Positions 28,096-43,600 are shown, counted from the first letter of the stretch. The stretch is DNA of 64,000 nt from Camelus ferus (GCF_009834535.1 NC_045696.1:81966001-82030000), one strand, 5' to 3'. Notes: generated by a model from the sequence alone, not told the origin. A program made the numbers and translations.

Positions 28096-31000
28096 TAAGG
28101 TGAAATAAAGACATGAAAAAGCTAAAAGAATTCATTACCTGTGAACTTCCACCACAAGAAATGTTAAAGGAGTTTTCAAGCAGAAGGCAAAAACCAGTTA
28201 CAAAGTAAGATCTGCTCAGAGGTACTCGGGTATTTTTTCTTATTGATGCTGATTTTCATTTTTGAATTTTCAGGTTTGGAGCCACAACACTGCTATCTAA
28301 GTAACTGAAGTTACACTGAACATACATTCAGTCAAAAAGTTTTCCCCTCACTGTTTTTTTCTGACATGATTACCATTGTAAGTATATAGCGTTGGGTGTT
28401 AGAAAAAGTATGAAGAATGATTTACTATTTTAGTTCTTAACACACCAGCTAAAATTACACCAGCCTAAATATGTTTGGAAAATATCACATAAGAGAAATA
28501 CGGTTCTTACCATCCTAAACATGGTTTTTTACATCTTGGTACTCTATTTACCCCCAGCGAACACACATCAGGTTATACACTGCAAGTCAGGAAGTTTAAC
28601 CTCCTAGAATCCTGAAACACTCCATACTCCATGTCAAAGAATGTTTACACTCATTTTAAATTTCCATGAATCTCACCTATTAAAGTCAACAGGACATGAA
28701 TTAAAGAACTATATCCAAATAATACCCTTTCCCATTCTCTGCAAATCACCTACATTTTAAACTTTTTCCCACACATCTTTTGCAGGGTGTGAAAAAAAAA
28801 TTCACAAATGGTATTGGTGAAAGTGTAATAAGGGGTACATTTTTGGAAAATTTGGTATCACTTATCACCAAGGACATATTCCATTTCACGGAATTTACTC
28901 TAAAGATAATACAGTACAGGTGCCCCTGAAATATATGCAGAAAGATATTCTCTGCATCAATATTTTTCATAGTTAAACTGCCAACAATACAAATCTCCAT
29001 CAAAACAGAATTAGTTTAGGAAATACTGATGTAACATTGTCATACAATATTACACAGCCTTTAAGAGGAAGAGGTAAATCGACATGCACTGATAGGGAAA
29101 GATATCTACAAAATGGGAAGTGAAAGAGCAGGTTAAATAACAACTTGTATAATATTAGTCTATTTGTAAGATCAAAAAAAAAAATCGTTACACTATCCCT
29201 TCCAATTCTATATTCACAGGAAAAGACATCAATTTGCTCACAGCAGCAATTTCTGAGGATCCGAAAATACCCAGAGATACTTTTTCCTTCAAATAAATCA
29301 GTATTTTTAACAAGCATGCATTATTCTCAATAAAAACTTTAATAAGAAACAAAGTACCCAACAGCCAGTTTCTACTAAAAGTGACAGAATAGAAACACAG
29401 TTTTAAACCAGGCAAACAGATCCTGAATAAATTAGAAATTTACAGAATTAGAAATTTAGAAAATACTTAGGTTGTAAATTTTAAAAGTACATCCTTAAGG
29501 AAAAAGTCACAATTAAAATATGATGAACTAAAAAGTCACATTTACCATTCTCTGCCCCACACTCTCTCACTGCATATGAGAACTGGATATGATTGTTACA
29601 AAATTACTATTCACCTAAAATGTTTAGTTAGGTTAAACAAACCAGTTTTTCCACAGGCACATCAAAACAAATCCATAAAACTGGTTTTGAACAAAAAGAA
29701 AAAGAGCGGTTGTCATAAATCTGTTGAAAGAAGTGAAGTAAGCTTATGATTTTTATTTGCTCTAATATAAAATCCTACAATTAAATGTTTAGCTTCTAGA
29801 ACGTTTCTTTCTCATAAATCAGAGAAATCAAATTATAGTCCTGTCTTCCACTGATCCCAAGAGAAAATTTCTCCTCCATATAAGCATGCCCTAATGCCTA
29901 CGTGACTAAAAATAAGGATGAAAAATTACAACTGAAAAATAATTGCAAGGAACTTAAAAATAATTACTACTGGCTCTGTATGCCTAACATTAAGAACAGA
30001 CTGGTATCAGAATTAACACGGGAAGAGGGATCCCGTGGGAATCAACGGACCTTAATGAAAAGTTTCACCTTTTTACGTGAATGAGGCAAAGGCTACAGCT
30101 TTATAGTTTTCCCCAGAAAAATTAGGACACTTAACAGCTACTTAGAGAGAAGGAGCTATGAGTTGCACTATAAACGGATAAGACTGTTTCACCAGAGAAT
30201 TAAATTAATTTACTATGTGAATCTGTTAATTAAAATAAAGTATTAGGTTAAGAAAAAAAAGAATAAACTGCAATTCCCAATGCTTAAATTTTTAATAACC
30301 GACATAAAACGAACTGTGGAAAGGCTTGTTACCACCCTTTGGTACAATGCACAAGTATCTTTTGAACATACCAATATTGAGTATTGCTCCAGGTACCAGA
30401 ACTCCACAGAAAAGACAAGATGCCGGCTCTCATGGAGTTCACATCCTACCATACAAATACGATACAAAGTGAATACTGGAGAACATGACATTTGAGTTAA
30501 GACCTGAATGACAAGAAAGAGACAGCCATGTGACAATGTGGGAACAGAACTCTCCAGGCAAAGACAATACAGAGGATAATGGTACTATAAAAAAGTTTAA
30601 TGGCTTGTCTCTAAACCAATTTCTTTTAACAAAATGCACTCTCTAATGATTCCTATGTGCACTAACAGTCTGAAAACCACTGGATGAAAAAATCCTTAAG
30701 AGGTAAACAAATGACATGAAATCATCAGGACAGGATTAAAATGAGAATAACATTGGCTCATGATAAGAATCAGTTAATCAATGCTAACTATATTCCATGC
30801 ACTGTGTTAAATTATATAGTCTCATTTTCAGGCTGAAGACATACTGTGAAATATCCACACCACTTTTAATTAATAATAATTAAACAAACCTGTGACAGAG
30901 TAGGTCAAAAGTTGTTGGAATAGATGAAGATACTCAGTCTTACTCTTAAAATAGTACAAAATTTAAAATACAAAGCTAGCATTTCACTTTATTAGATTCC

Positions 31001-31909
31001 AAAAAACATCAAGGACACATAATATCTGAGGCTGGTGAGGGCCAGAGTGAAGGGATGCTCCCATTCAACGTAGCTGTGCCATAAACTGGTTTAACTTTCT
31101 TAGATAGCAAATTATCACTAGCTACTAAAATTTAACATGTGCATATTCTGCACATTTGCTGCACAGAGAGTCCCACATGATAGAACAAAATTATATATAA
31201 AACTGTTCATTATATACTGCTTATAGTAGCAAAAAAAAAAAAAAAGGAAACTCCAAATGCCTATCAATAAGGGATTAAATAAATCATAAAAAGTAATGAT
31301 ATAAATTGATGTACATTGAAATGAAAAAATGTCCAATACACAAGGTAAAAGGAAAATATTGCTTGATGGTTTATATATGATATACAGTTCTTTCTTTGTG
31401 AAAACAAGTATGCTTATAATGTACAGAAACAAGACTGTATATGTACGGAATATATGTAGAAGGATTATATATATTAAGCTGTTACCAGTGGTTTCCTCCT
31501 TTAGGACTAGAATTGGAGACGGAGAAAGGAGAAAGAGCAAACAGAAGACTTCTTTTTAAATTTCATAATCATCTCTATTATTTTTCCCCCAAATAATGAA
31601 CATGGATTACCTTAGATGAACTTTTTTAAATGTCTTTAAAAATGGAAATGGGTTTGAGTTCACCAAGAGCTTGAAGCTGGAATATCTTTCCAAGGTTCTT
31701 CATATCAGGGAACACAGAAATGGCCCCAAGTATTGAGCTAAATGTTATGACATTTCCTTAAAATGAAATTCCATTGGTATTACAATTAATAGAAAACCAT
31801 TATACAGAAGTATTATACCTAGGGTATCTTTTAACTATACCTAAATGACATTCCATCATATAAAATTAAGTATAATGTGGTTTGCAAAGCCTTCTGGGAC
31901 TTAGTCCTA

Positions 31910-32045
31910 TGCTTCTCAAACTTTAATAGTCATGCAACTCACCTGCAGATCCTGTAAAAATGCAGATTCTGTTTCAGTAGTCTGTGATGGGGCCTGAGAG
32001 CCCCCTTTTCTATTAAGTTCCAAAGATGAAATTTTGAGTAGCAAG
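31910..32045. mobile_element. MER5A-like hAT-Charlie element
   Basis: TTCTCAAACTTTA...AAAATGCAGATTCTG...GGGGCCTGAGA; a similar copy at ~55930-56040. Confidence 0.65.
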
Positions 32046-32334
32046 AATCTAGCCCAAGCTCCTCACCACTCTCCATACTTAATTTTTTAACTAATTTTAA
32101 AAATTAGTTTTATTTTAAGCATCTGTCCCACAAACTTTTTTTTAAAGTAAATTAACATCCAATCTCAAGTTTAACAAATCCTTGGTAGCAATAATAGCCC
32201 TTATGAGCAATCAGCATCTGATTTGAATAGTAATTGACTAATATTTTAATTATTCTTTGGGAAAAGTTGTCTTTTAAAAAGGATAATTAGCACTAGGCCC
32301 TCACTGCTTCTGGTTAACAGGTTAAACACAAAAA

Positions 32335-33070
<736 letters not shown>

Positions 33071-33821
33071 TCCTCATACTTTAGATTCCATGAATTACTG
33101 CTCCAGTCCTTACACACCATATTCTTCATACCTCTGTGCCTTTTTACATCATCTTCTTCCTTGTAAATGGTTTTCCCCTCACCTATTCCACTTCAAAAAC
33201 TTTCACTCTTTGTTACAAGTTTAGTTCAACTTTGCAGGTATTTCAGGCATATGTGGATGCTGTTCTTTTGTATCCCAAGGTTCAACTGTCAAATTTCTTA
33301 TTCACATGTCTGTCTCCTTATGAAACTATGAATTTGAGGCTAGAAGATATCTATCCTCAGCACATAGATATTCAATAAATGTTTTCTGCATCCAAGTCAC
33401 TAAGGTATTATGATTCTGCCACTACCTTTAAGATAATGGTTGTCACATTTTTATACTAAAAATATTTTCTTTAAAGAACTTTCCTTTAAAGTATTTTCCA
33501 GTGAAAAATACTGTCAAATTATTGAAAGTAAGCTCCTAAAATAAAAGACAACACATATTCAAAATTAAACTAAAATGTAACGCTATTTGATAGGATGTTT
33601 ACCTTACTGCTGGAAAAAAGTCGTGTTAATTTCACTCTATTTGAGGGTAAAAAGAGCAAAGTTGTTCTCTTTGGTCCTCTTTTAAACACTACATAAGAAT
33701 GGCAATAAATTTCTTTCCCTCCTTAAATTAATTAGGACTTCTACTATATTTTAAAAACAAAATGACATAATAGTATCTTAAATCAAAAGTTAATATAGGC
33801 AGTCCTCTCTTTACCACTCAC

Positions 33822-33943
33822 CTTCCTCATCTATCCACTTCATGGTGAAAAGCTGTTCATTGTCAAAAGAACACATGTCTCGAACCTCATTGCAAAGGCC
33901 CTCAAAGGAGATTGAAGGTTCAAAATGAGTTATCATGATATCT
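33822..33943 (-). CDS. PRKCI: PRKCI exon 2 ([42 protein letters not shown]1)
   Basis: 122 nt, acceptor TTTTCAG, donor G|GTGAGT, frame continuous. Confidence 0.97.
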
Positions 33944-34173
33944 CTGAAAAAGAAAAGGAGTTTTAAGTTAGTGACTAAAACTAATATAAGGCTCTATAAT
34001 ACCTAAGGTCTGTAATCTGTAGATGCCTGACAATCTGATGGACTTGCGCTACTTTGTGTATGCATCAACATGTGTTGCTTACAGTAAACTATCTCTGTAA
34101 GGCAAAAAATAAAATATCAACGTTAAATAATGCTTAAAAATAAAAATAATGAATTTATGAGAAACCTTATTAA

Positions 34174-35680
34174 GGCTGCCTCTCTTACTCCCTCATCTTT
34201 GGAAACAGCCCGCATTCTGTCTATGGAGTGTGTATCTACTTTTATTTTAAACCGGAGCACCCAGCCCCGACATCTTGTGGCCTTTCTCTCACATTTTGAA
34301 ACAGCCTACACTCTATATAGTATGCATCTCTCTAAATAAATCTACCTTTACTCAACTGTGGCTCGCTCTTGAATTCTTTCCTGCGCGAAGCCAAGGATCC
34401 ACACTTGGCGGGGCACGTCCCAGGGGCTTAACCAAGACCTGGGACACAGCCCTCCTCACGCCCCACATTCGTTTTTCCTGTATCACCTCTCTGGCATGGG
34501 GCGTTTAATTAAAGAGATGGGGCTCAAAGGGCATAATCTCGATCCACCTATTGGGCTACAGCTGCCCTCTCTTGGGGAGATTCAAGTAGCCCTTTAGGTG
34601 GCGGCTGACGCTGAGGCCAGCTCTCTAGCCGTGAAGAAGCCCACCGAGCCGAAGGCTTTTCTCTCCTCGATCTTTTCTCATTCTCTCCCCTATCGCTCTC
34701 TCTCTTCAGACTCGAGAAGATCCACCAAGGAGACCACTTGGACATCTAAATTAAGACCACGTGGCAAGTAATTGGCAACCTGGTTGGTGTTTAACCAGGC
34801 CTTTTAAATCTTTAGTCGTTATAGACAGTTGAACTGCTGTTACAAAGGTGCTTCATCTTTAAGAAGACTCATCAGAGGTCTAAGGAAACAGTGGGTTACA
34901 ACAGTCTCACATCAGAAGACGGCTGTGCGAGGATTCCAGCCCATACCACCCTCTGACGCAAAAACAAAAGGCTGTCCTGCCCCTGGGAACCCTAGATTAG
35001 GCATTCAGAGATTTTTCACTCCCTGATAGGCAGGGTCAACGCCCCTACCCAGCCCTGAAGTAGTTTCAGATGACGGACCATCACACCCCTCTGCACCCCC
35101 ATAAGATTATGGGAGTAAAATCTCTGAGGGGGGATGAGACAGGAGGCAAGGGGGCAGGGCACAGTCATTCAAGGAATGACACAGCAATTAACACCAAAAT
35201 GATCGAAGATTCAACTCTCAGTAGGCCTTGAGGTTCAAGATGGCGGGAGATTTGACTTCCAATAGACCTTGAGCTTCATTATATGCCCATTGTAATATTA
35301 ACATAGTAAATGACACTGCCACAGGCGCCATGACAGCTTCAAGGCTGACCATAAAAGGTCAAAGAGTGGGTGGTGGCCCAATTCCTGGGAATCCCAGCCC
35401 TTTCCTCGGGGTAGTTGGAATGGTCCTCCCCCATGTTTGCATGTGAAGCTACTTGACCCCATAAAAACTGGCAACACTGCCTCATGGCCCCCTCTCTCAC
35501 TCCCTCATCTTTGGAGACTGCCCACAGTCTGTCTATGGAGTGTGTATCTACTTTTACTTTAACCTGAACACCCAACCCCCACACTTTGTGGCCTTTCTCT
35601 CGCCTTCTGAAACAGCCTATACTCTATGCAGTATGTATTTCTCTAAATAAATCTACCTTTGCTCAAAAAGGAAAGAAAAA
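34174..35680 (+). mobile_element. ERV1-like element with retroposed-RNA structure R-U5-internal-PPT-U3-R-A tail
   Basis: ~180-bp R duplicated (34174-34354 and 35486-35665); U5 ends TCCTGTATCA at 34485; PPT GAGGGGGGA at 35126-35134, then U3 starts TGAGACAGGA; A-rich tail; TSD AAACCTTATT. Confidence 0.85.
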
Positions 35681-36299
35681 CCTTATTCAATCTCCCCTCT
35701 TCATTCAGGAAGCCCACCCTAACTGTTCTAACAGACAGCAGTCTCACTTTTGCTTTAATGTTAGTTATCACAAGCTTGCTCTTTTGTGAGGCATTACAAT
35801 CCACAAATAATTCCATTGTTGATAAGCTTCTGTATTACATTTAATTGAAATCTATTCCAATCCCTAGTGCTCCATCTCCCCTACCCTTCTACTTTCATCC
35901 AAGAGATGGCCATTCAAAAATTTGACAAAGATCAGTCATGTCCTTTTCCTCAGCCCTGACTTCCACAGATTAAACACCCATGAGACTGTCAATCATTCTT
36001 TGTATGGAATGATTTTTTGATTTCATGCCTTCATTTTCATTTTTTCCAAATGAACTGCGATTTGCCAAAATTGGTTTTAAAATAGGATTCATATTTTAAG
36101 GTAGACACCCCCAAAATGGAAGAAATAGACATAAATGTGTATTTATATTTATTTTACTGTTAAATAAGCCACAGTTTTTAAATAAAATTAATCCACATAG
36201 CAGCTATTCACCACAAGATTTAAAAATGCAACAAAATATTTTAGAGCAGAGGTCTGGGGTTTTCTTTAAGGAGCCATGAGAAGGCTCCCTGTGATCTAA

Positions 36300-36750
36300 T
36301 CTAATACATAGTAGCCAGCCACAGTCATCCTTGCAAACGTAAGTCAAATAGACTGAATGACTCTAATTTAACGTATAGTGATTTCTACGTGCCAGAGTCT
36401 GTCGTAAGGGTTTTACAAAAATTAATGTAGTTCATGTTTTTCCTCTGTGTGTGTTTTTTCAATAAGCACTATGACTTTCCTTTGTTTTAAACTCTTCAAA
36501 TGCCTTTCCCCCCTCTCATGCAGAATAAAATCCAAAGTCCCTAGCAGGGTCTACAAGGCCCTGTGTGAACTGCCCCAGCTGCCTCTCCGACTACCTCTTC
36601 TACCTGGACAGTTAAACCAATGTTACTAGTCCACTGTCTACCCCAGCTAGAATGTAAACTTGAAAGTAGGAATTTTGTTTTGTTCATTATATTCCTAGTG
36701 GCCAATATAGTGTCTAGCAGAGAATGGGCATTCGATAAATATTTGTTGAA
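36300..36750 (+). mobile_element. L2 3' remnant
   Basis: AGAATAAAATCCAAAGTCCCTAGC...CTAGAATGTAAAC...ATAAATATTTGTTGAA; other L2 pieces at ~38520-38655, ~43080-43960 and ~63230-63620. Confidence 0.65.
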
Positions 36751-37899
36751 GAAAAAAAAAAGGAACTGTGTGAACAGACGTGCATAGTTGGAACCTAGAA
36801 CACAGAGTAAGAAATAAGGGATTAAAATTTTTAGTCATCTGCAAAAATGTTAAAACTGCAATCTTTAGTGACCTTATAGAAGTAGTAAGTCAAACATAGA
36901 AACTGAATAGCTTTTTCTTGATAATCATTCTCTTTCTGAGCATCTCATGGTTTTCTGTCCCTGCCTCTTAGAGGCATTCTTCCTTGGCTTTCATGACAAT
37001 ATGCTTCCCTGGCTCCCTTTCTACTATTCTGAACACTTCAATCACAAGACACTCTTCATGCCCTCTCTCATATTCATTCTATGTCTCTCTCTTTCTGAAA
37101 GTTAATTCACATTCAATGTTTTAACTATTATCTCTATATAAGGGTCTCCTAAATCTGTAATCCCAGCTCTCTGTGTAGTATTTAAGACTCTTGATAAACT
37201 GGTTCCACTTTCTGTTCTCAATCTGATCCTTGCCATTCCTGACACTGACTCTGTTACAGACATCTGGTTTACTCACAACCCCCACACATAAGACCTTGGT
37301 GATCCAAGTTTTAATCTTAAAAGTAAGATTGACTGTTTGTATGCATTATGTTCCTGAGTTCCTCAGTTTAAGGCTCAGTTTACAGAGGGAGATGGGGATC
37401 TCTCTTTAATTGGCTATTCAACATCAACCCCCATCAAACCTTTTTCACCCACACTATGCTTGTCCAACATGTATCTTATGTCCATCTTTTGTTTTCAACT
37501 AATTATATACACACATCCTCAATTAAATTATAAACAACTGAAAGACAAAAATTCTTGGCCTTTTTAATACATTCACATAACATAATAGGGACTCAAATAC
37601 TACTTAACTGAATGTGGAAGAAGTATTTTCTAGGAGAAACTCATCTTCTAGAAAGTGCACTTTTGACAAGAAAATATCACTGTTTATGTTTCCTTAGCCT
37701 ATAAACATGTATGGAATATTCAGTGTGTTTCAGATATTTGAACTAAGTTTTTATCTTATACGATCTTCACAAGAACTGTCAAACTAGACAAATTAATCCT
37801 ATTTTACAGATTTTAAAAGCACAGCACAAATGAATATTTGCTGGAGTCTCACAGTTAGGAAACAGAATATATATTCAAATCCACGTCTCCTAATGACAC

Positions 37900-38310
37900 G
37901 TGGTGCATGCTGTGCTCTAACCTCCCCCTCCCTCACCTCCAGAATCCCCCATTAGCAATGGATCATTTATTACACTAGCTCCTGGGAGTGCTACCAGTAG
38001 ACAACCCCAGCCGTCAGCCTCTTTCAGAGATATGACTCCTCCCTTATGGTCAAACCCCAATGACTGATTCAAGGTGGGTACAAAGGTCCTAGATGTGACT
38101 CAGAAAGGCTCTCAAGTGTCAACTCATCTTCAGAATTCCCTGGAGGGTCAACTGAGGTTTCTGTTGAGACTTCACAGCATCTGGATTTTTTTCTACCTAA
38201 GCCTGCTTCCTTCCCTTCCCGTCTCTTCCATAATCATCAATCCCAAGAGCACTCCTGAAAAAACGTCCTGCATGCTAATCTGAGATATCACTTTCCACAG
38301 GAGCATCCAC
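37900..38310 (+). mobile_element. LTR16-like ERVL LTR
   Basis: CCTGCTTCCTTCCC...AAGAGCACTCC...CCTGCATGCTAATCT 3' motifs. Confidence 0.55.
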
Positions 38311-38724
38311 CCAAAGCATAGCTATTATCAGATGATACTATCTGACAAAAACATAATGCATAAAAACAGTCAATCTTACTTTCAAGAGATTGGCTAATGA
38401 AAACTGTAATCCTTGTTTCAGAGACTAAATCAGTTTACTCTATAGCACATGAAGCTAGTTAATTTTTTTTTATTCTTCAGAGAAAATAAATTGCTGGCAT
38501 GTATAAATTATACATATTTTACAGTCTGTCTCCCCCAGCTAAATGTAAAATTCATGAGAGCAGGCATTTTGTTTTGCTCATTGCTGTTATCACCAGTATC
38601 TGAAGCAGCATCTGGCCCACAGTAAATGTTCAATTAATAATTGTTGAGTGAATGGACTCTAAAGAAAGCGTGAGAAAATGTAAGCATAAAAAGCTTTTCA
38701 CAAAGGAGTAATGACATATATTAG

Positions 38725-38930
38725 ACAGCCACAGAATAATGGTTAAGACCATGAGAGCTAAAGCCAGTATGCCTGGGTCTGAATCCAGGCTCTATCACTT
38801 AGGTGAGTTACTTCTCTGTGGCTCAATTTCCTTACCTACAAAATGGGAATAATAATATTTCCTATGGTGTTATAAGGCGTTAATGGATTAAGTGAATTAA
38901 TATTTATAGTACTCAGAATAGTACTGAGCA
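38725..38930 (+). mobile_element. MIR SINE
   Basis: GCCTGGGTCTGAATCCAGGCTCTATCACTTAG...AAAATGGGAATAATAAT. Confidence 0.7.
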
Positions 38931-39579
38931 TATATCACACTCCATATGTGTTGAATAAATTTTAAAACATGTATCCTACAACACTTTAAATAGACGTGAA
39001 ACCTTATTAGAACAATAAAAATAATACAACCTTCTAAAAACAACCTACAGATGCTTCTGGTTTAATATGGTGGAGGGAACACAAATCTATATCCTTTCAT
39101 CCTAAGGGCCCACTAAAATGACAGAAAACTGAAACAACAAATTTATCAAAGTCTTATAAAACAAAAAAGGGACCAGCAGTAGACCAGAAAGTATGAGAAA
39201 ATCCTAAATGACTGAAAACAGATGGTATAAAATTGACAGAAAACATACCAGCCCCCAAAACCAAAGTTAAGAGAAACTCTTAAAAGAGAGAAATTTTATT
39301 GACACAAGATTACTTCTCGTTCTTTAACCATCTAATCATACCTCTTGGCTTTTCAAGGACATGACACATACATAAGCATTTATTACAAGTGTTTTTTAAA
39401 TTTGCTTTAAAGAAAAATTTATGAGTTAAAAGAACAGTGTTATAAAACTTTACAATGTAAAAATTACCAAGAAAAATCAAGATGTAGAGAAAGTGAAAGG
39501 AAGTATAAATTCAAAAATGTCTCTTTCCCAGCGGAGTCAACACTCTTATCTAAAACTAATATTTAAAAATAAAAGCAGG

Positions 39580-40600
39580 GAACAAGAAAAAAAAATAACC
39601 CAAATTAAAAAATGGGCAAAGAACCTAAACAGACATTTCTCCAAAGAGGATGAACAAATGGCCAACAAGCTCTAGAAAAAATGTTCACTAACACTAATCA
39701 TTAGAGAAATGCAGATCAAAACGTTAACGAAACATCACCTCACATCCATTAGGATGCCTACTACCAAAAAAAACCCAGAACAACAAATGTTTTCAAGGAT
39801 ATGGAGCAATAGGCACCTTGTGCACTGTTGGTAGGAATCTGAAATGGTGTGGCAGCTATAGAAAACTGTATGAAAGTTCCTCAGAAAGTTAAAAATAGAA
39901 TTTCCATATGATCCAGCAATTCCACTTCTAGGTGTATATATACTCAGAAGAATTGAAAGCAGGGAATCCAATAGATATTTGTACACCTACATTCATAGCA
40001 GCATTATTCACAATAGCCAAAAGGTGGAAGCAACCCAAGTGTCCACTGACAGATGAACAGATAAATAAAATGTGATATATAAACACAAAGAAGTATTATT
40101 CAGCATTAAAAAGAAAGGAAATTCTAACACATGCTACAATATGGATGAACCTTGAAGACATTATGCTAAGTGAAATAGGCCAGTCACAAAAAGACAAATC
40201 CCGTATGACTCCATTTATATGAAGTATCTAGAGTAGTCAAATTCATAGAAACAGAAAACAGAACAGTAGTTGCTGGGGGGGGAGGTGGAATAAGAGCGTT
40301 GTCAGTATAGAGCTTCAGTTTTGCAAAATGAAAAAGTTCTGGAGATTGGTCATATAACATAGTGAATATAGTTAGCACTATTGAATTGTACACTTAAAAA
40401 TGGTTAACGGGGGGAAGGTATAGCTTAAGTGGTAGAGCGCATGCTTAGCATGCACAAGGTCCTGGCTTCAATCCCCAGTACGTCCTCCAAAAAATAAATA
40501 ACTAAACCTAATTACCTTCCCTCAAAAAAAAAAAAAAAAAAAAGAAAAAGAAAAAAAAGGTTAAGATGGTCAATTTAAATTTTTTACCACAATTAAAAAA
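39580..40600 (+). mobile_element. L1MB-like 3' part with a nested SINE
   Basis: AAAATGGGCAAAGAACCTAAACAGACATTTCTCCAAAG...CCAGCAATTCCACTTCTAGG...GTACACTTAAAAATGGTTAA. Confidence 0.85.
40409..40558 (+). mobile_element. tRNA-derived SINE (Vic-1-like)
   Basis: Same head as 2657, long poly(A), flanking repeat AAAA(T/A)GGTTAA. Confidence 0.85.
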
Positions 40601-43600
40601 GAAAAGCAGGAGAAGGTATCATTTAAGTTATAAATGTAACAAGAAAAACTAAAAATAGTCAGGAGAGGAGGCAATGAAGAAGTGCTAAATTCCTCATCTT
40701 TCATATTGATCAGCAGATATAATAAAGGAAAACAACATTGTAACAGTAGTTCTAGGTGGTGGGATTGGGGAAGACTAAAGACAGAAAGAAGATGTACTGT
40801 GTACTTAAACCCTTCTGAATGGTATAGATTACTATTAGTTTTTCTACCACCATGTAAAGGTATGATCTTACGATAAATTTTGCTTTTTAACAAAATATAA
40901 ATACAATATAAAACAAATTTTAAATGACGGTAGTAAATAAAATTGATTTAAATATGTAAAATTTTTATTTTTTAAAAAGAAAATTATAAAATAGTTCCTT
41001 CTTCTAGTGACATTAAAAGGGAGCCTGCTTGTCTTAAATAAATTTTTCTTTCAAAATACCCTCAAGACTACTAGTATGAGGAGGTGAGGGTTGGGAGTAT
41101 ATATTTTAGAATAAAATCAGAAGAGAAGGAAAGGCTCCGAATTTTTCTGGCAAAGAACAAGTGTGATATTATCTTTTTTGAATGCAAGAGGCAAAAAATT
41201 AGTATGATCAGATATCATCAAAATATGACTTCCTTTTTAAGGTCCACAGGTAGTTGAAATTGATACATATGTAAGCATGTCTGTAAACAACAGGGATTTA
41301 TCAGAAATCTTATTTTTCGAGAGCTGTTGAAATATTTATCAGAACATACAAATATTTAAAAAAATCTGTGTAATCCTTAAAAAAATCTTAAGTACATCTT
41401 AAAGAGACTCAAAAAGAACTCATGCTTTCTCAACTGCCACTCCTTAAGTTCCAGGAACTAAAACATTTAAGGGAGTTTTTTATAAACATTTCTCTAAGTA
41501 ATTGGGAAAGCACCATGTTCACACATCCCACAATCTCCAGATCCTTATTATAGTACCAAAGCTAAAAATAAGCTGCAAAATAGAGATATTACTTCTAAAG
41601 GTACAAAACAAATTATGCATGGAAGTTTTTTTTTCCTGGTTTTAACATCAGTGTTGGTATAAATTATCTTAACCACTGGTCTTCGACAGAATACAGTCTG
41701 CTTCACCACAATGATACCCAAAATGGCAAATTTAGACATAGTTTTAACTGAATTTTAGAAAAAGAAAAAAAAAAGCATTTTTAATTTTGCTGTTGGGCTT
41801 CAGAAGTCACACTGTTTTAAGCATTCATTATGTTCCTATGTTCTAAAATACTGAATCTAAAGTTTTTCCTTAGGACTGCTTTTAAAAATAAACCTGAAAA
41901 AGAACCATATTCAGTCCTTCTGCTGTCTCAATGCAAACATTTCTCCTAAGTTAAATATGGTATAATCAGAAAAAAAAGCTTTATTTGTGATCACCAATGT
42001 AATAAGATTTACCACAGATGGTAAAATCACTGGGTTTTAAGGAAACAGGATAGGCATACAATCTCAAACTATCACCTCTCAAATTAATTGTTAATTATAA
42101 AAAAGCCATAAAGCAACTTTCATATTTTAATAATCAAGGAAATAGAAAATTGACTCAAAAAGAAAAACTTTCACAGTTATGAATCTGACAATAAAGAAAA
42201 AAGTAATCTTAAAAAGCCCCATCAATATGAGAAAAGAGAAATTTCTCTGAAGGGTAAAACTCAGTTTTGTATTCTGGTTTCACTAAGCCTCAATGTTATC
42301 ATCCACAAAATGGAGATAATGATATCTACCTCTGAATACTGTGTAAAAAAAAAAAAGTTAGCATTTTTTGCTAATCTTTTTTGCAAACATGTAAAAGACC
42401 AATAAACATGCAATGGAAGCATAAGGAAAATGCTTCCTTCCTACACTGTTGTTGGCAATGTAAATTGATAAGTTTTTGGAGAACAATATCAAGGTTTATA
42501 ACAGGCATATCTGACCATGTTTGCAAGAGTATATACTAAATATAAGGATGTTCTTTCAACATGATTTGAAGTAGTGATTTAATGAAAGTTCATCAATCAG
42601 AAAAAAGATTAAATTATTGTATAACAACACTATGGGACACTATGTACCAATTATAAAGAAAGAGGTGGATCATTCTACCTACCTATATGTATCTATCTCC
42701 TAATCTGTCTATCCTGACATGGAAAAATGACCATGAATGAAAAAACTCTAGTTACAGAAACATGTATAGAAACACAAACACATTTACTGGAGAAATAAAA
42801 GGGTGTGTCTGTGCATATGCTTAAAGATATATTGATACACTATAGAATATCCCAAACTGTTAACGGGGTTATTACGGCTACCCTCCAGAAGTGGGGGTGA
42901 GAGGCTACAGAGGGAACTTTCTGCTTTATGTATTTCTGTATTTTTAAAATTCACTTTTAGTGCCTTGTCTTTGAGATCTGTATTTGGCCACTGGTGGCAT
43001 TTTTGTTTCTATCATCATTCTCGGCCACATTCCCACACAGGTTAGCTGGCCTGCACAAGTGCTGAGGACACAGAGCAGGCGCACAGGGAGCAATTGTTCA
43101 GCTAATTCTGGGCATTTCCACCTGGATGTTCCCAAAGCACCTTGAACTCAAAACTCGGTTACCTGTTCCAGGTAAGTAATTACCTTTTCTCGTAAATCTC
43201 TTCCTTCTGTACTCCCTAATCTCTCTCCAAATAGTAAGTCTGTGAGTTGTCAGACCCCTTCCCTCTTCCCCACAGGCAACCCATCTCAAATTCATATTGA
43301 TTCTACACCCTAAAATCGTCACTGAATCCATACCCTCTTTTCCAACTCCTCAGAATTTTTCACCTGGACTACTTCCAAAGCCTCCAGATTAGTCTCATCG
43401 ATCGCTAATTCATCTCCATCCATCGCTAATTAATCTAATCATGCATCCTCCTTACTTAAAATCTTCACCTATGTAAAAAAGTCTGAAGCACGAACTATAA
43501 TATTCTGGCGTCTTCATGATCTAGTGCCTGTGATCCCTCTTTTTAGCTCACTTTTCATCAGTGGCCACTTTGCGTTTTACGTCCTAGTGAGGAATGACTA

